This document shows positions 41,638 through 52,477 of a stretch of DNA of 64,000 bases, piece by piece; position 1 is the stretch's first letter; each line of letters starts with the position of its first letter. The position numbers and the translations under genes are program-made. This DNA is from Bacillota bacterium. Its GTDB lineage: Bacteria > Bacillota > Sulfobacillia > JAUYEG01. The notes under the pieces were generated by a model. That model worked only from the letters and a program-made list of their open reading frames with translations. It had not been told where the DNA came from and made no database searches. The stretch lies in assembly GCA_040766985.1 (NCBI GenBank), contig JAXGPL010000011.1, forward strand, positions 24,095 through 88,094. Reading direction: 5' to 3'.

Positions 41638-41727
41638 CTGGAATCCCAGAGTACCGACGGCCTCGATTGCCTAACGTACCGGGCGTCAGGCCTGGAGATG
41701 CGGCTAATCAGCTTGGTGCAACAATAA
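41638..41727 (+). CDS. putative 29-aa leader peptide (CTG start) upstream of mgtE
   Basis: GGGAGGTGA RBS 4 nt before CTG; open frame (M)ESQSTDGLDCLTYRASGLEMRLISLVQQ-TAA. Confidence 0.45.
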   Translation: MESQSTDGLDCLTYRASGLEMRLISLVQQ

Positions 41728-41822
41728 CAGGGCAGGGTTTCGTGTTCTGACCTCCTGCGCGTTGGTTCTTCAGTAGCGCGGCCAAGACACGGCTGCCTGC
41801 CCGAGCGAACAGGCGAGGTCTC

Positions 41823-43186
41823 GTGGACCGCGAACTGCTTAAGCTCGTCACTGACATCCAGGAGCTCTTGGCCCTGGATGATGCCAAGGCCCAAAAGCCT
41901 ATCTCGACAAACTCCACCCGTCCGACCTCGCCGAGGTCATCGAGGAACTGCCGCCGGACGACGGCGCGCGCCTTCTGGCCCTCACCGACGAGGAGGACGC
42001 GGCCGAGGCGCTCGACGAGATGGACGGGCAGACCCAGCGTGAGGTTATCGCCGAGCTGGAGTCCCCCGAGATCGCCGGGATCCTCGAGCAAATGGCGGAC
42101 GACGATTTGGCCGACCTCATGGCCGAGCTGGGCACCGAAGAGGCCGAGCGGGTACTCGGCATGCTGGACAAGGAAGACGCGGCCGATGTAAAGCAACTCC
42201 TCGGCTACCCGGAGGATACCGCCGGCGGTATCATGACCACGGATTTCTTCTGGGTCCCGGAGATGTACACCGCGGCCAAGGCCATCGACCACCTCCGCCA
42301 CCAGGCGCGCGAGGTTGAGACCGTCAACTACATCTATGTGCTGGGACCGGCCGGCAGGCTGCGCGGGGTGCTCAGCCTGCGCGAACTGCTGGTTTCCGAT
42401 CCCAGCGTTCCGGTCCGCGATGTAATGGAGAGGGAACTGGTCACCGTGGCCGTGACCGAAGACCAGGAGGAAGTCGCCCGCGCCGCAATGCACTACGACC
42501 TGCTGGCTGTGCCGGTGATCGGTGACGACGGCAGGATGCTCGGCATTGTCACTATCGACGACATCATCGATGTCCTAGACGAAGAGGCCGCCGAGGACAT
42601 GCACGGTGTGGCTCACGGCGGCAAGGTGTTGGAGGAGGCTGAAGCAGCCAGGCACGGCGTGTGGGCGCGCGTACGGCTGCGCCTGCCCTGGCTGATCTTG
42701 TTGATGTTCGGCGATTTTCTCTCAGCCAACGTCATCAGCAGATTCGAGGGCGTCCTCTCGACTTTCGTCGCCCTTGCCTTCTTTATCCCGGTCCTGATGG
42801 ACATGGGCGGCAACGTCGGGACGCAGTCGCTCGCCATGACGGTGCGCGGCCTTGCGACGGGCGAGATCGACCGGAGCGACCTGCCGCGCCTGCTGTGGCG
42901 GGAGAGCGGAATAGGCATCACGCTCGGCATCGTGTGCGGCACCTTGATCGGCCTCGTCGCAATGGTCTGGCAGGGCACTCCGGTCCTGGGTATCGTAGTC
43001 GGCTCGGCCATGGCCGTCACAATGGGCCTGGCCGCGATCCTTGGTACAGTTGTGCCGATGATCTTCGACCGCCTTGGAGTCGACTCGGCGGTGGCGTCGA
43101 GCCCGTTTATCACTTCGTCTGTCGACGTATTCGGCCTTCTTACCTACTTCGCAGTCGCGACGAGGGTGCTCCACCTTCTGACGTAG
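41823..43186 (+). CDS. mgtE: magnesium transporter MgtE (indel near 41895)
   Basis: LHPSDLA after frame correction, YPEDTAGGIM, CBS pair, RLPWL, GGNVGTQS, SPFITS..D. Confidence 0.9.
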
Positions 43187-43210
43187 CTGCGCCAAAGAGG
43201 AGCTGCTGCA

Positions 43211-43969
43211 GTGGCTTCGTACACGACCGAGGCCGTGATTTTGCGGGCCAGGGACTTCGGGGAGGCGGACCGCCTGCTGACCCTGTTCACCCTGACCAAT
43301 GGCAAGGTCACGGCCAAGGTCCGCGGCGCCCGCAAACCCAAGAGCCGCCTCGCCGGAGCCACCCTGCCGCTCACTCACGCCGAGGTTATGCTTTGGCAAG
43401 GCCGCTCCAACATCCATACCCTCACCCAGGCGGTCAGCCGCGACGCCTACGCCCCCCTGCGCGACGACCTGCGGCGCCTGGCCCTGGCCAATCTGGCGGC
43501 AGAGATGGTCGACCTGCTGACCGAGGAGGGCTCCCCCTCATCGGAGACGTACGTCGCCCTTCTTCAAACCATGGCCTTGATCGCCTACGGCGAAGCCCCG
43601 GCCCTCGCGGCCTACTCCCTAGCCTTCCGGATGCTGCGGGCAGCCGGCCTGCTTGCGCCCCTGCGGCGATGCGCCGATTGCGGCCGGGCGCTGGATGCCG
43701 GGCGCGCGATTGCCTGGTCGGCCGCCAGGGCGGCGTTCGTCTGCGGCGAGTGCCGGCCCGGTGACGAACCCGTTGCGAGGGTGCGGCCGGACACGCTGGG
43801 GGTGCTCGGGGTCCTCCTGGAGGGCTCGCCGCGCGTGCTCCGGGCCCTGCGGGTGGATGATGCGGTCGCCCGGCAACTCCGGGTGGTGCTCTGGGATTCG
43901 CTTAACGTCCACCTCGACAGAAGGCCGCGGAGCCTTGATTTTCTGGATGCGTTGCGGGCGAGGCCCTGA
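43211..43969 (+). CDS. recO: DNA repair protein RecO
   Basis: GEADRLLTLFT..GKV....GARKPKSR, CADC...CGEC zinc finger. Confidence 0.92.
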   Translation: MASYTTEAVILRARDFGEADRLLTLFTLTNGKVTAKVRGARKPKSRLAGATLPLTHAEVMLWQGRSNIHTLTQAVSRDAYAPLRDDLRRLALANLAAEMVDLLTEEGSPSSETYVALLQTMALIAYGEAPALAAYSLAFRMLRAAGLLAPLRRCADCGRALDAGRAIAWSAARAAFVCGECRPGDEPVARVRPDTLGVLGVLLEGSPRVLRALRVDDAVARQLRVVLWDSLNVHLDRRPRSLDFLDALRARP

Positions 43970-44185
43970 ACCCGATGTGGACCCGCGGAGACCGTGTTAC
44001 CAGTTTACTTGGTCTCTCTGAGCACCAATTCTGCAGGACCTGGTCACAGAACGACCGCGATAGACCTTCATGGTCGTTTTGGGCCCCCATCTCACCGAAT
44101 GAGGGCCCCGCGAGTACGCATTGCCGGCGCACGTGGATCCTTTGAGACCAGATCGCCAGCCGCAGCGCCAGCATGTCCATTTGCC

Positions 44186-44215
44186 TTGACACCCGGGGCT
44201 CGGCCTTGTTAGAGT
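44186..44215 (+). promoter_or_regulatory. sigmaA promoter of glyQS
   Basis: TTGACA-N18-TAGAGT with extended -10 TG. Confidence 0.6.
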
Positions 44216-44299
44216 CTCGGTGAAGCCGGGCATTCACCGCCCGGCCGAACGCCCCCGGCCGTGCGCCAGGGCGCGCAGGATGGGACAACATAATACCGC

Positions 44300-44495
44300 C
44301 CCGACGATGGAGAGGATTAACCTCGGCGGGCCCGTTAAGAGAGCCGGCGGTTGGTGCGAGCCGGACGAGTCACGAGGCCAAGGCGCTCCGGAGGGGAGCC
44401 AAATGAGGTGGGCCGGCCGTTTCGGCCGGTCAAGCAGGGTGGAACCGCGGCGCAAAACCCGTCCCTGCCCGTACCGGGCAAGGGCGGGTTTTCGG
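44300..44495 (+). promoter_or_regulatory. glycine T-box riboswitch
   Basis: AGAGA and GGTGCGA stem-I motifs, GGC (Gly) specifier at 44382-44384, T-box AGGGTGGAACCGCG 44436-44449, terminator 44454-44492; upstream of glyQS. Confidence 0.9.
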
Positions 44496-44574
44496 TTTGG
44501 ATGGGCCAGCCGTACCGCCGTCGCCCAGGCAGCGCAGTGCCAAACGTATGACGCCGACGATGGAGGTGGTCATC

Positions 44575-45468
44575 CTGTACCTGCAAGACCTGCTGATGCG
44601 CCTGGAGTCCTACTGGACCCGGCAGGGGTGCGCGATCTGGTTTCCGTACGATGTCGAGAAAGGCGCAGGCACGATGAACCCGGCGACTTTCTTCCGCGCC
44701 CTTGGCCCCGAGCCGTGGCGGATCGCCTACCTCGAACCGTCGCGCCGCCCCGTCGACGCGCGGTACGGCGAGAACCCCAATCGGCTTTACCAGCACCTTC
44801 AGTATCAGGTGCTGCTCAAGCCCTCGCCGGACGACGTTCAAGAGGTATACCTCGCCAGCCTTGCCGACCTCGGGATCGACGCCCGGGCGCACGACATCCG
44901 GTTTGTCGAGGACAACTGGGAGGCGCCGACGCTCGGCGCCTGGGGCACGGGCTGGGAAGTCTGGCTTGACGGCCAGGAGATCACGCAGTTCACCTATTTC
45001 CAGCAGGTCGGCGGCATCGATGTGCGGCCGGTTGCCGCGGAGATTACCTACGGCCTTGAGCGGATCGCGTCGTACGTCCAGAGGGTGTCGTCGGTGTACG
45101 AAATCCAGTACTCCGCCGGCCTGTCCTACGGAGACATCTTCCATCGTGCCGAGGTGGAGCATTCGGTCTACAGCTTTGAGCTGGCCGACACCGACATGCT
45201 GATGCGGGCGTTTGAGATGTACGAGGGCGAAGCGCGCCGCGCGCTCGACGGGGGGCTCCTGCTGCCGGCCTACGACTACGTTCTCAAATGCTCCCACTCG
45301 TTCAACATCCTCGAAGCGCGCGGAGCAGTGAGTGTGGCGCAACGCACAGCCATGCTCGGGCGCTGCCGGCAGCTCTCGCGGGCATGCGCCCGGACCTACC
45401 TGGCACAACGGGAGGGCATGGGGTTTCCGCTGCTCGGAGCCACTAGCAGAGGGACGGTGACCGCGTGA
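44575..45468 (+). CDS. glyQ: glycine--tRNA ligase alpha subunit (probable CTG start)
   Basis: [52 protein letters not shown]. Confidence 0.95.
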   Translation: MYLQDLLMRLESYWTRQGCAIWFPYDVEKGAGTMNPATFFRALGPEPWRIAYLEPSRRPVDARYGENPNRLYQHLQYQVLLKPSPDDVQEVYLASLADLGIDARAHDIRFVEDNWEAPTLGAWGTGWEVWLDGQEITQFTYFQQVGGIDVRPVAAEITYGLERIASYVQRVSSVYEIQYSAGLSYGDIFHRAEVEHSVYSFELADTDMLMRAFEMYEGEARRALDGGLLLPAYDYVLKCSHSFNILEARGAVSVAQRTAMLGRCRQLSRACARTYLAQREGMGFPLLGATSRGTVTA

Positions 45469-47620
45469 TGGCCGCGACTTCCCCGGAAACCAGAGACCTG
45501 TTGTTCGAGCTGGGGTTGGCCGAGGTGCCGGCCCGGTTCATGCCGGACGTGGTTTCTCAGTTGGCCGAACGGCTGGGCGAGGCCCTTGGGGAGGCCGGCC
45601 TCGGCCACGGTGACGTCCGCACCTATGGCACGCCGCGCCGTGCCGCCGTCGTGGTATGTGGCCTCTGGACCAGGCAGCCCGATCGCACGCAGGAGATCCG
45701 GGGACCGTCCGTCAAGGCCGGGATTGGCGCCGACGGCGAGCCGACCAAGGCAGCGCTGGGCTTCGCGCGCTCCCAGGGGCTCGGCGTGGACCGGCTGGTG
45801 CGCCGCGACGCAGGCGGGGGCGTGGAGTACCTGTATGCTCTGAAGGTCGAACCAGGACGGCTGACCGCTGAGTTGCTGCCGGAGATGTTGCCTCGCGTGG
45901 TGCTTGGGATGCAGTTTCCGCGCAACATGCGGTGGGGGCCGTACGAAGTCAGCTTCGTCCGCCCGATCCGCTGGCTGTTGTGCTTGTTCGGTAACCGCCC
46001 GTTGCGGATCGAGCTTCCGGGACTGCCGCCGGGGCTGAGCGAGCCGCCGGGGTCGAGCCGCGGGCATCGTTTCCTCGCCCCGGGGCCCGTCCACATCCAG
46101 AGCCCGGCGGGTTATGTTGATTCGTTGCGCACCGCCGGGGTCATCGTCGATCCGGCCGAGCGGCGAGAGACCATCGTCCGCGGGGCACAGAAGCTGGCCG
46201 CTGACGCCGGTGGGGCCGTCGATCTACGGGAAGACCTGCTCTCTGAGCTAACCTGGCTCAGCGAACACCCCACGCCGGTTCTCGGCGGCTTCGACGCCGA
46301 GAACCTGGTGCTCCCCGAACCGGTCCTGGTTACCGTAATGCAGCACCACCAGCGCTTCCTGTCAGTCCGCCGCGCCGATGGGCCGGGCCTCGGGCCGTGG
46401 TTTGTGGGCGTCCGCGACGGCGGCCGCGAACACCTTCCGACCGTCCGCTCCGGCTACGAGACCGTGCTCCGTGCACGCCTGGCCGATGCGCGCTTTTTCT
46501 TTGCCGAGGACCGCAAGTGGCTGCTGTCCGACCGGGAGGCCGAGCTTGAGGATCTCGTCTACCAGGAGAAACTCGGCACGATGGGCGATAAGGTTCGCCG
46601 CCTCAAACCGCTGGTGCTGGCCATCGCCGAGCTTTTTGAGTTGGACGCCGGCAGCCAGATCAGAGCCGTCCGCGCCGCTCAACTAGCCAAATGCGACCTG
46701 GTTACGCAGATGGTCCGCGAACTGCCGGAGTTGCAGGGTGTGATGGGCCGCGAGTACGCCCTCCTCGACGGTGAGCCGGCCGAGGTCGCGGCCGCCATCG
46801 GTGAGCAGTACCTTCCCGCCGGCGAAGGATCCACACCGCCGTCGACACCCACCGGGCTCGTCCTATCGGTTGCGGACAGGCTCGACGCCCTTCTGGGCCA
46901 CTACTGGGCCGGCGTTCGCCCAACGGGGTCTCAGGACCCCTACGGCATGCGCCGCGCGGCGCAGGGTATTGTGGCAGGGCTCTTGGCGCAGGGACGCCAC
47001 CTCGACCTCAACCTGGCCCTCGACGCGGCCGCTGAGGTCTACCGTGCCGCCGGGTTCGCCGAGCAGGCGCTCGAAACAGCGCTGCCAGAGGTGCGTACGT
47101 TGCTCCAAGCCCGCGTCTCCGCCGCCCTTGACGAGGCCGGCGTGGCGTACGACGAGATCAGCTGCGTGCTCGGGGCGACGGGGCTGCCGTGCGACCCGGT
47201 GGCGCTGATGGCGGCCGGCAAGGCCCTCGCGCAGGCACGAAGCGAAGCCTGGTTCCGGGACGTGAGCGCCGCCGCCGTGCGCGCAAGTGGCCTCGGCGGC
47301 CGCGCAGCGACCGAGAGCGGTGCGGCACAGCCGGATCCTGTTTTGTTTGAGAGCGACTTTGAGCGCGAGCTTCATTCGGCGCATGCCGCGGTGGCGGCCG
47401 GGGCGGCCGAACACCTGGCAGCGGGGCAGTTCCATAGACTACTGGCGCGGGCTCGGTGACCTTGTTGGTCCCGTGAACCGCTTCTTTGACGGAGTCTTGG
47501 TGATGGCCCAGCAGGAGAACCTTCGCCGCAACCGCTTGGCTCTGTGCCATCAGGTCCGCGTCGCTTTCGCCGGTGCCGCGACCCCAGCCGTCGTCTGGCC
47601 GGGCGAAGGCAATCCTAGAT
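45465..47620 (+). CDS. glyS: glycine--tRNA ligase beta subunit (indel near 47440; end approximate)
   Basis: [43 protein letters not shown]; [11 protein letters not shown] in a shifted frame. Confidence 0.92.
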
Positions 47621-47643
47621 TGTCGGCGGGTAGGGAGAAGTCG

Positions 47644-48508
47644 ATGAAACAGAGGCGCAGACGCAAGCCGCCCGGGGTCGGACCTCTTCTCCGACCGCCC
47701 GGTTGTGTACGTCGTTTCAGACTCGATCGGCGAAACCGCCGAACTGGTCACCCGCGCCGCCCTGAGCCAGTTCAACAGCGGGCGCGTCGAGATCTTCCGC
47801 ATTCCCTATGTGGAGGATGAGGAGGGCATCGGCGATGTCCTCGACCAGGCGCAGGGACATCGGTGCATCATCGTCTACACGCTCGTTCTGCCGGAGATGC
47901 GAGAGAAACTCCGGGCCCGGGCGGAGGAGGCGGGAATCCCGGCCGTCGACATTATGGGGCCGATGATGGATGCCCTTGCGAGCATCGTCAGCACGCAACC
48001 CAAGCTGCAGCCGGGCCTGGTGCACAAGCTCGACGAGGAGTACTTCCGCCGCGTCGAGGCCGTCGAGTTCGCCGTCAAGTACGACGACGGGCGTGACCCG
48101 CGCGGCCTGCTCAAGGCCGATGTGGTGCTTATCGGCGTGTCGCGCACCTCCAAGACGCCGGTCAGCCTGTACCTCGCCAACCGCGGCATCAAGGTCGCCA
48201 ACGTTCCGCTGGTCCCGGAGTTGCCGGCTCCTGAGGAGTTGACCCTGCTACCGCGCGGCCGGGTGATCGGACTGACCATCGATCAGGTTTCCCTGCAGGG
48301 CATCCGCAATGAGCGGCTTCGCACGCTCGGTCTCGCCGTTGGCGCCGATTACGCCGAACCCCTGCGTATCGAGCGGGAGTTGGAGCACGCAAACGAGGTC
48401 TTCCGCAGGCTTAACTGCCCCATCGTCGAGGTGACCGGTCGTGCCGTGGAGGAGACTGCAAGCAAGGTGCTCGAACTCGTCCAAAGGTACGGCTCGCAAC
48501 AAATCTAG
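47644..48508 (+). CDS. ppsR: pyruvate, phosphate dikinase regulatory kinase/pyrophosphorylase (PpsR/YqfL; likely extra A after ATG)
   Basis: VSDSIGETA, YDDGRDP, GVSRTSKTP; adjacent to ppdK. Confidence 0.9.
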
Positions 48509-48524
48509 CAAGGAGGTCCTGGGG

Positions 48525-51259
48525 ATGAAGTCGGGAGCTAAGTGGGTGTACCGGTTCGCGGAGGGCGACGCTTCGATGCGCGCCATCCTGGGAGGCAAGG
48601 GAGCAGGGCTCGCGGAGATGACCCGCATCGGCCTCCCTGTGCCGCCGGGCTTTACGATCAGCACGCGGGCCTGCATCTCCTATAGCGCCGACCCTGGCCA
48701 CAGGCTGCCCGTGGGGCTGGATGAGCAGGTCGAGACCGCGCTCACCGCCCTTGAGGCGGAGATGAACAAGCGATTCGGCGACCCCGCCAACCCGTTGCTG
48801 GTGTCGGTGCGTTCCGGCGCAGCGGTTTCGATGCCCGGGATGATGGACACTATCCTCAACCTCGGCCTCAACGACGAAACCACAGCGGGGCTGGCCCGGC
48901 AGACCGGCGACGAACGCTTCGCCTGGGACTGCTACCGGCGTCTTCTGGCCATGTTCGGCGAGGTCGTCATGAAGTGCAGCGCGGGCGCTTTCGAGGCCAT
49001 CCTCGAGGACGCACGCGAACGAGCCGGGGTCCGGCACGATCACGAGCTTCCGCCCGAGGACCTCAAGGATATCGCGGCACGCTTTCAGGCGACGATCAGC
49101 AGGTCCGCCGGATGCCCGTTTCCGCAGAACCCCCGCGAGCAGTTGACGCTCGCCGTCCAGGCCGTGTTCGAGTCCTGGAACAACGACCGCGCGCGGGTGT
49201 ATCGCGACCTGAACAAGATTCCCCACGACCTCGGCACGGCAGTCAACGTCCAGGCGATGGCTTTCGGCAATCTCGACCTCGAGTCGGGCTCGGGCGTCCT
49301 CTTCACCCGCAACCCTTCCACCGGCGAGCCGACGATCCTCGGCGAGTACCTCCCCAAGGCGCAGGGCGAGGATGTCGTCGCCGGCATCCGGACGCCGCTG
49401 CCAGTCGAACGGATGCGCGAGACGCAGCCCGGCGTGTACGCCGAGCTGGAGCGGGTTTCCAGGTTGCTCGAGCAGCACTACCGCGAAGTCCAGGACATCG
49501 AGTTCACAGTCGAGCGTGGCCGCCTCTTCTTGCTTCAGACGCGTTCCGCCAAGCTCACCGCCGAGGCCGCCGTCCGGCGCGCCGTCGACTTCGTGGCGGA
49601 AGGCCTGATCGACAAGAACGAGGCGGTTCGCCGCGTCCCCCCGGAGGCGGTCGAGCGGCTGCTGCACAGGCGTATCGACCCAGCCTCCAAGGTCGAAGTC
49701 GTTGCGCGCGGGCTCCCAGCTTCGCCGGGGGCGGCCACCGGGGCTGTCGTGTTCGACGCCACCCGCGCCGAGAGGCTTGCCTCGCGCGGCCAGCGGGTCC
49801 TTCTGGTCCGGCCCGAGACCACTCCCGACGACATCCACGGCATGGTTGCCGCCCAGGGGGTCCTGACCAGCCGGGGCGGGATGACCTGCCACGCCGCTAT
49901 CGTCGCCCGCCACATGGGCAAGCCGTGTGTCGTCGGGTGCGACGAGTTGCGGATCGACCTTGGCACGGCGGTCGTGGCGGTGCGGGGCAGGCAGTACGCA
50001 GAGGGTGACGTCTTGTCCATCGACGGCGCGACGGGCGAGGTCGTCGCGGGCGAGGTTCGGATGATTGAGCCTGAGCTGTCGGACGCGTTGCTGCAGATTC
50101 TGGCGTGGGCGGACGATGCACGCAAGCTCGGCGTGCGTGCCAACGCCGATACCCCGCCCGAGCTGCGCGGGCGCGGGGATTCGGGGCGGAGGGAATCGGG
50201 CTCTGCCGGACCGAGCACATGTTCATGGCCCAGGACCGGCTGCCGGTGGTTCAGGAGATGATCATGGCGGAAACCGCCGAGATGCGCGCGGTCGCCCTCG
50301 CCAGGCTCCTGCCGATGCAGCGCGGTGATTTCTACGGCATCCTGGCGGCCATGGATGGGCTTCCGGTCACCATCCGGCTGCTCGACCCGCCGTTGCATGA
50401 GTTCTTGCCGAACATCCCGGACCTCGAACACGAGGCCCGCCGCCTCAAGCGGCGCGCGCGGAAGTACAGCAGGGAGGCCAACGTCAACGGCGGCGGGGCC
50501 CAAGCCGTGGCGGCCGTGACGCAGGCCCAGGCCAAGGTCGACGCCGCTTTGGAGCGACTGGACCGGGTGCAGCGGATGATCCGCCGTGCCCGTGCCCTGG
50601 CCGAGGCCAACCCCATGCTCGGTCTACGCGGCTGCCGACTGGGCATTGTCTTCCCGGACATTTACGAGATGCAGGCGAGGGCGATCTTCGAAGCAACGGC
50701 CCGCCTCGTCGCCGAGGGCAGGGATCCGCGGCCCGAAGTGATGATCCCGCTCGTCGGGCATGTCAAGGAGTTGGCTGCTACGCGTGCGGCCGTTGAGGCC
50801 GTGGCGGCCGCGATCGTCGCGGAGACGGGCCGGCGCCTGCCGGTCGTGATCGGGACGATGATCGAGCTCCCGCGCGCCGCCTTGACGGCCGGGGAGATCG
50901 CGACGGAAGCCGAGTTCTTTTCCTTCGGCACCAACGACCTGACGCAGACTGCCTTCGGCTATTCGCGCGACGACGCCGAGGGCAAGTTCCTGCACCACTA
51001 CATCCAGACGGGCATCCTCAAGGAGAACCCGTTCGCTGTCCTGGATCGCGAAGGTGTCGGCCAACTGGTGAGGTACGGGGTCGACCGGGGCCGCGCCGTC
51101 AGGCCGGGGCTCAAGATCGGTATTTGCGGCGAACACGGCGGCGAGCCCTCGTCCATCGCTTTCTGCCACGAAGCCGGGCTTGATTACGTGAGTTGCTCGC
51201 CGTACCGTGTGCCGATAGCGCGTCTGGCTGCGGCGCAAGCAGCGTTGGCCGAGAGCTAG
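48525..51259 (+). CDS. ppdK: pyruvate, phosphate dikinase (indel near 50160)
   Basis: [53 protein letters not shown]. Confidence 0.95.
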
Positions 51260-51312
51260 CGCACATAGCCGCGGCCGGGACAACAGGCTTTGCCCCTGTT
51301 CCCGGCGAACCT

Positions 51313-51346
51313 ACCCCCAGGGGTGTCCCCCTGGGGGTGGTTTCTT
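51313..51346 (+). terminator. intrinsic terminator after ppdK
   Basis: ACCCCCAGGGG-N4-CCCCTGGGGGT followed by GGTTTCTT. Confidence 0.55.
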
Positions 51347-51347
51347 C

Positions 51348-52475
51348 GTGAGCGGCGATATCGCCGTCCAAACCTTGGTACGCGAGCGGCTGGAACGGCA
51401 AGAAGACCTTCTGCTGGCGCCGGAGGCGACGCGCAGCGCGCTGTCGCGCGGGCGGCAGAGGCCGGAGGAGCCTTGCCCGACGCGTACGGCATTCCAGCGG
51501 GACCGCGACCGGATCGTCCACAGTAAGGCGTTCCGGCGGCTCAAGCACAAGACCCAGGTGTTCATCGCGCCCGCCGGCGACCACTACCGCACGCGGCTGA
51601 CGCACACGCTCGAGGTTTCCCAGATTGCGCGGTCGATCGCCCGGGCCATCGCCCTCAACGAGGATCTCGCCGAAGCCATCGCCCTTGGCCACGATTTGGG
51701 GCACACGCCTTTCGGGCACCTCGGCGAGGACGTGCTCGACGAATGCCTACGCGCCCTGAAGGGGGACGGCGGACCGCCGGGGAGCGGTTTCAGGCACGCT
51801 CAGCAGAGCCTGCGTGTTGTCGAAGTGCTCGAGGGCATGGGCCGCGGGCTCAATTTGACCTGGGAGGTGCGCGACGGCATTCTCCAGCACTCCGGGGACG
51901 GCACCCCGGGGACGAGCGAGGGCTGCGTCGTGCAGCTGGCCGACAGCATCGCCTACCTCAACCACGACATTGACGACGCGGTTCGCGCGGGTATCCTCCT
52001 GCCGGAGCGGATCCCGCCGGTGGTCACGCGCGTCCTCGGCGACCACCACTCGCAGCGGATCAATACCATGGTAGTGGACGTAATCCGGCGCTATGCGAGC
52101 GACGGCCGCGTCGGTTTCAGCCCGGCGGTTAAGGAAGCGCACGATGAGCTGGAACGATTTATGTTCGAACACGTCTACCTCGGGGAGTACACCGCCGTTG
52201 AGCGCGAGAAGGCGGCCCGCCTGCTGAAGCTGCTGTTCGAGTGGTACGTCCGCGATCCGGGCGAGCTTGCCGGCCAGGATGCGTGTTCGGGCGACCGCGG
52301 CGGCGGCGAGCCCGGCGCGGCTCCTCTTGCCGCGGGCGACGTTCCCCGGGCAGTCGCCGACTATATCGCGGGCATGACCGACCGTTTTGCCATCGAGCAG
52401 TTCGAGACGCACTACGTGCCGTCTCCGTTGCGGCCCGACGACCTTCGTTCATCGCTCCGGAAGGATATGTCCTAA
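51348..52475 (+). CDS. dgt: deoxyguanosinetriphosphate triphosphohydrolase-like HD protein
   Basis: [46 protein letters not shown]. Confidence 0.9.
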   Translation: MSGDIAVQTLVRERLERQEDLLLAPEATRSALSRGRQRPEEPCPTRTAFQRDRDRIVHSKAFRRLKHKTQVFIAPAGDHYRTRLTHTLEVSQIARSIARAIALNEDLAEAIALGHDLGHTPFGHLGEDVLDECLRALKGDGGPPGSGFRHAQQSLRVVEVLEGMGRGLNLTWEVRDGILQHSGDGTPGTSEGCVVQLADSIAYLNHDIDDAVRAGILLPERIPPVVTRVLGDHHSQRINTMVVDVIRRYASDGRVGFSPAVKEAHDELERFMFEHVYLGEYTAVEREKAARLLKLLFEWYVRDPGELAGQDACSGDRGGGEPGAAPLAAGDVPRAVADYIAGMTDRFAIEQFETHYVPSPLRPDDLRSSLRKDMS

Positions 52476-52477
52476 CG

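Noticed and set aside
41600-41820. M-box (ykoK) riboswitch upstream of mgtE
   Set aside because: Expected from gene context, but the conserved M-box sequence blocks are not visible
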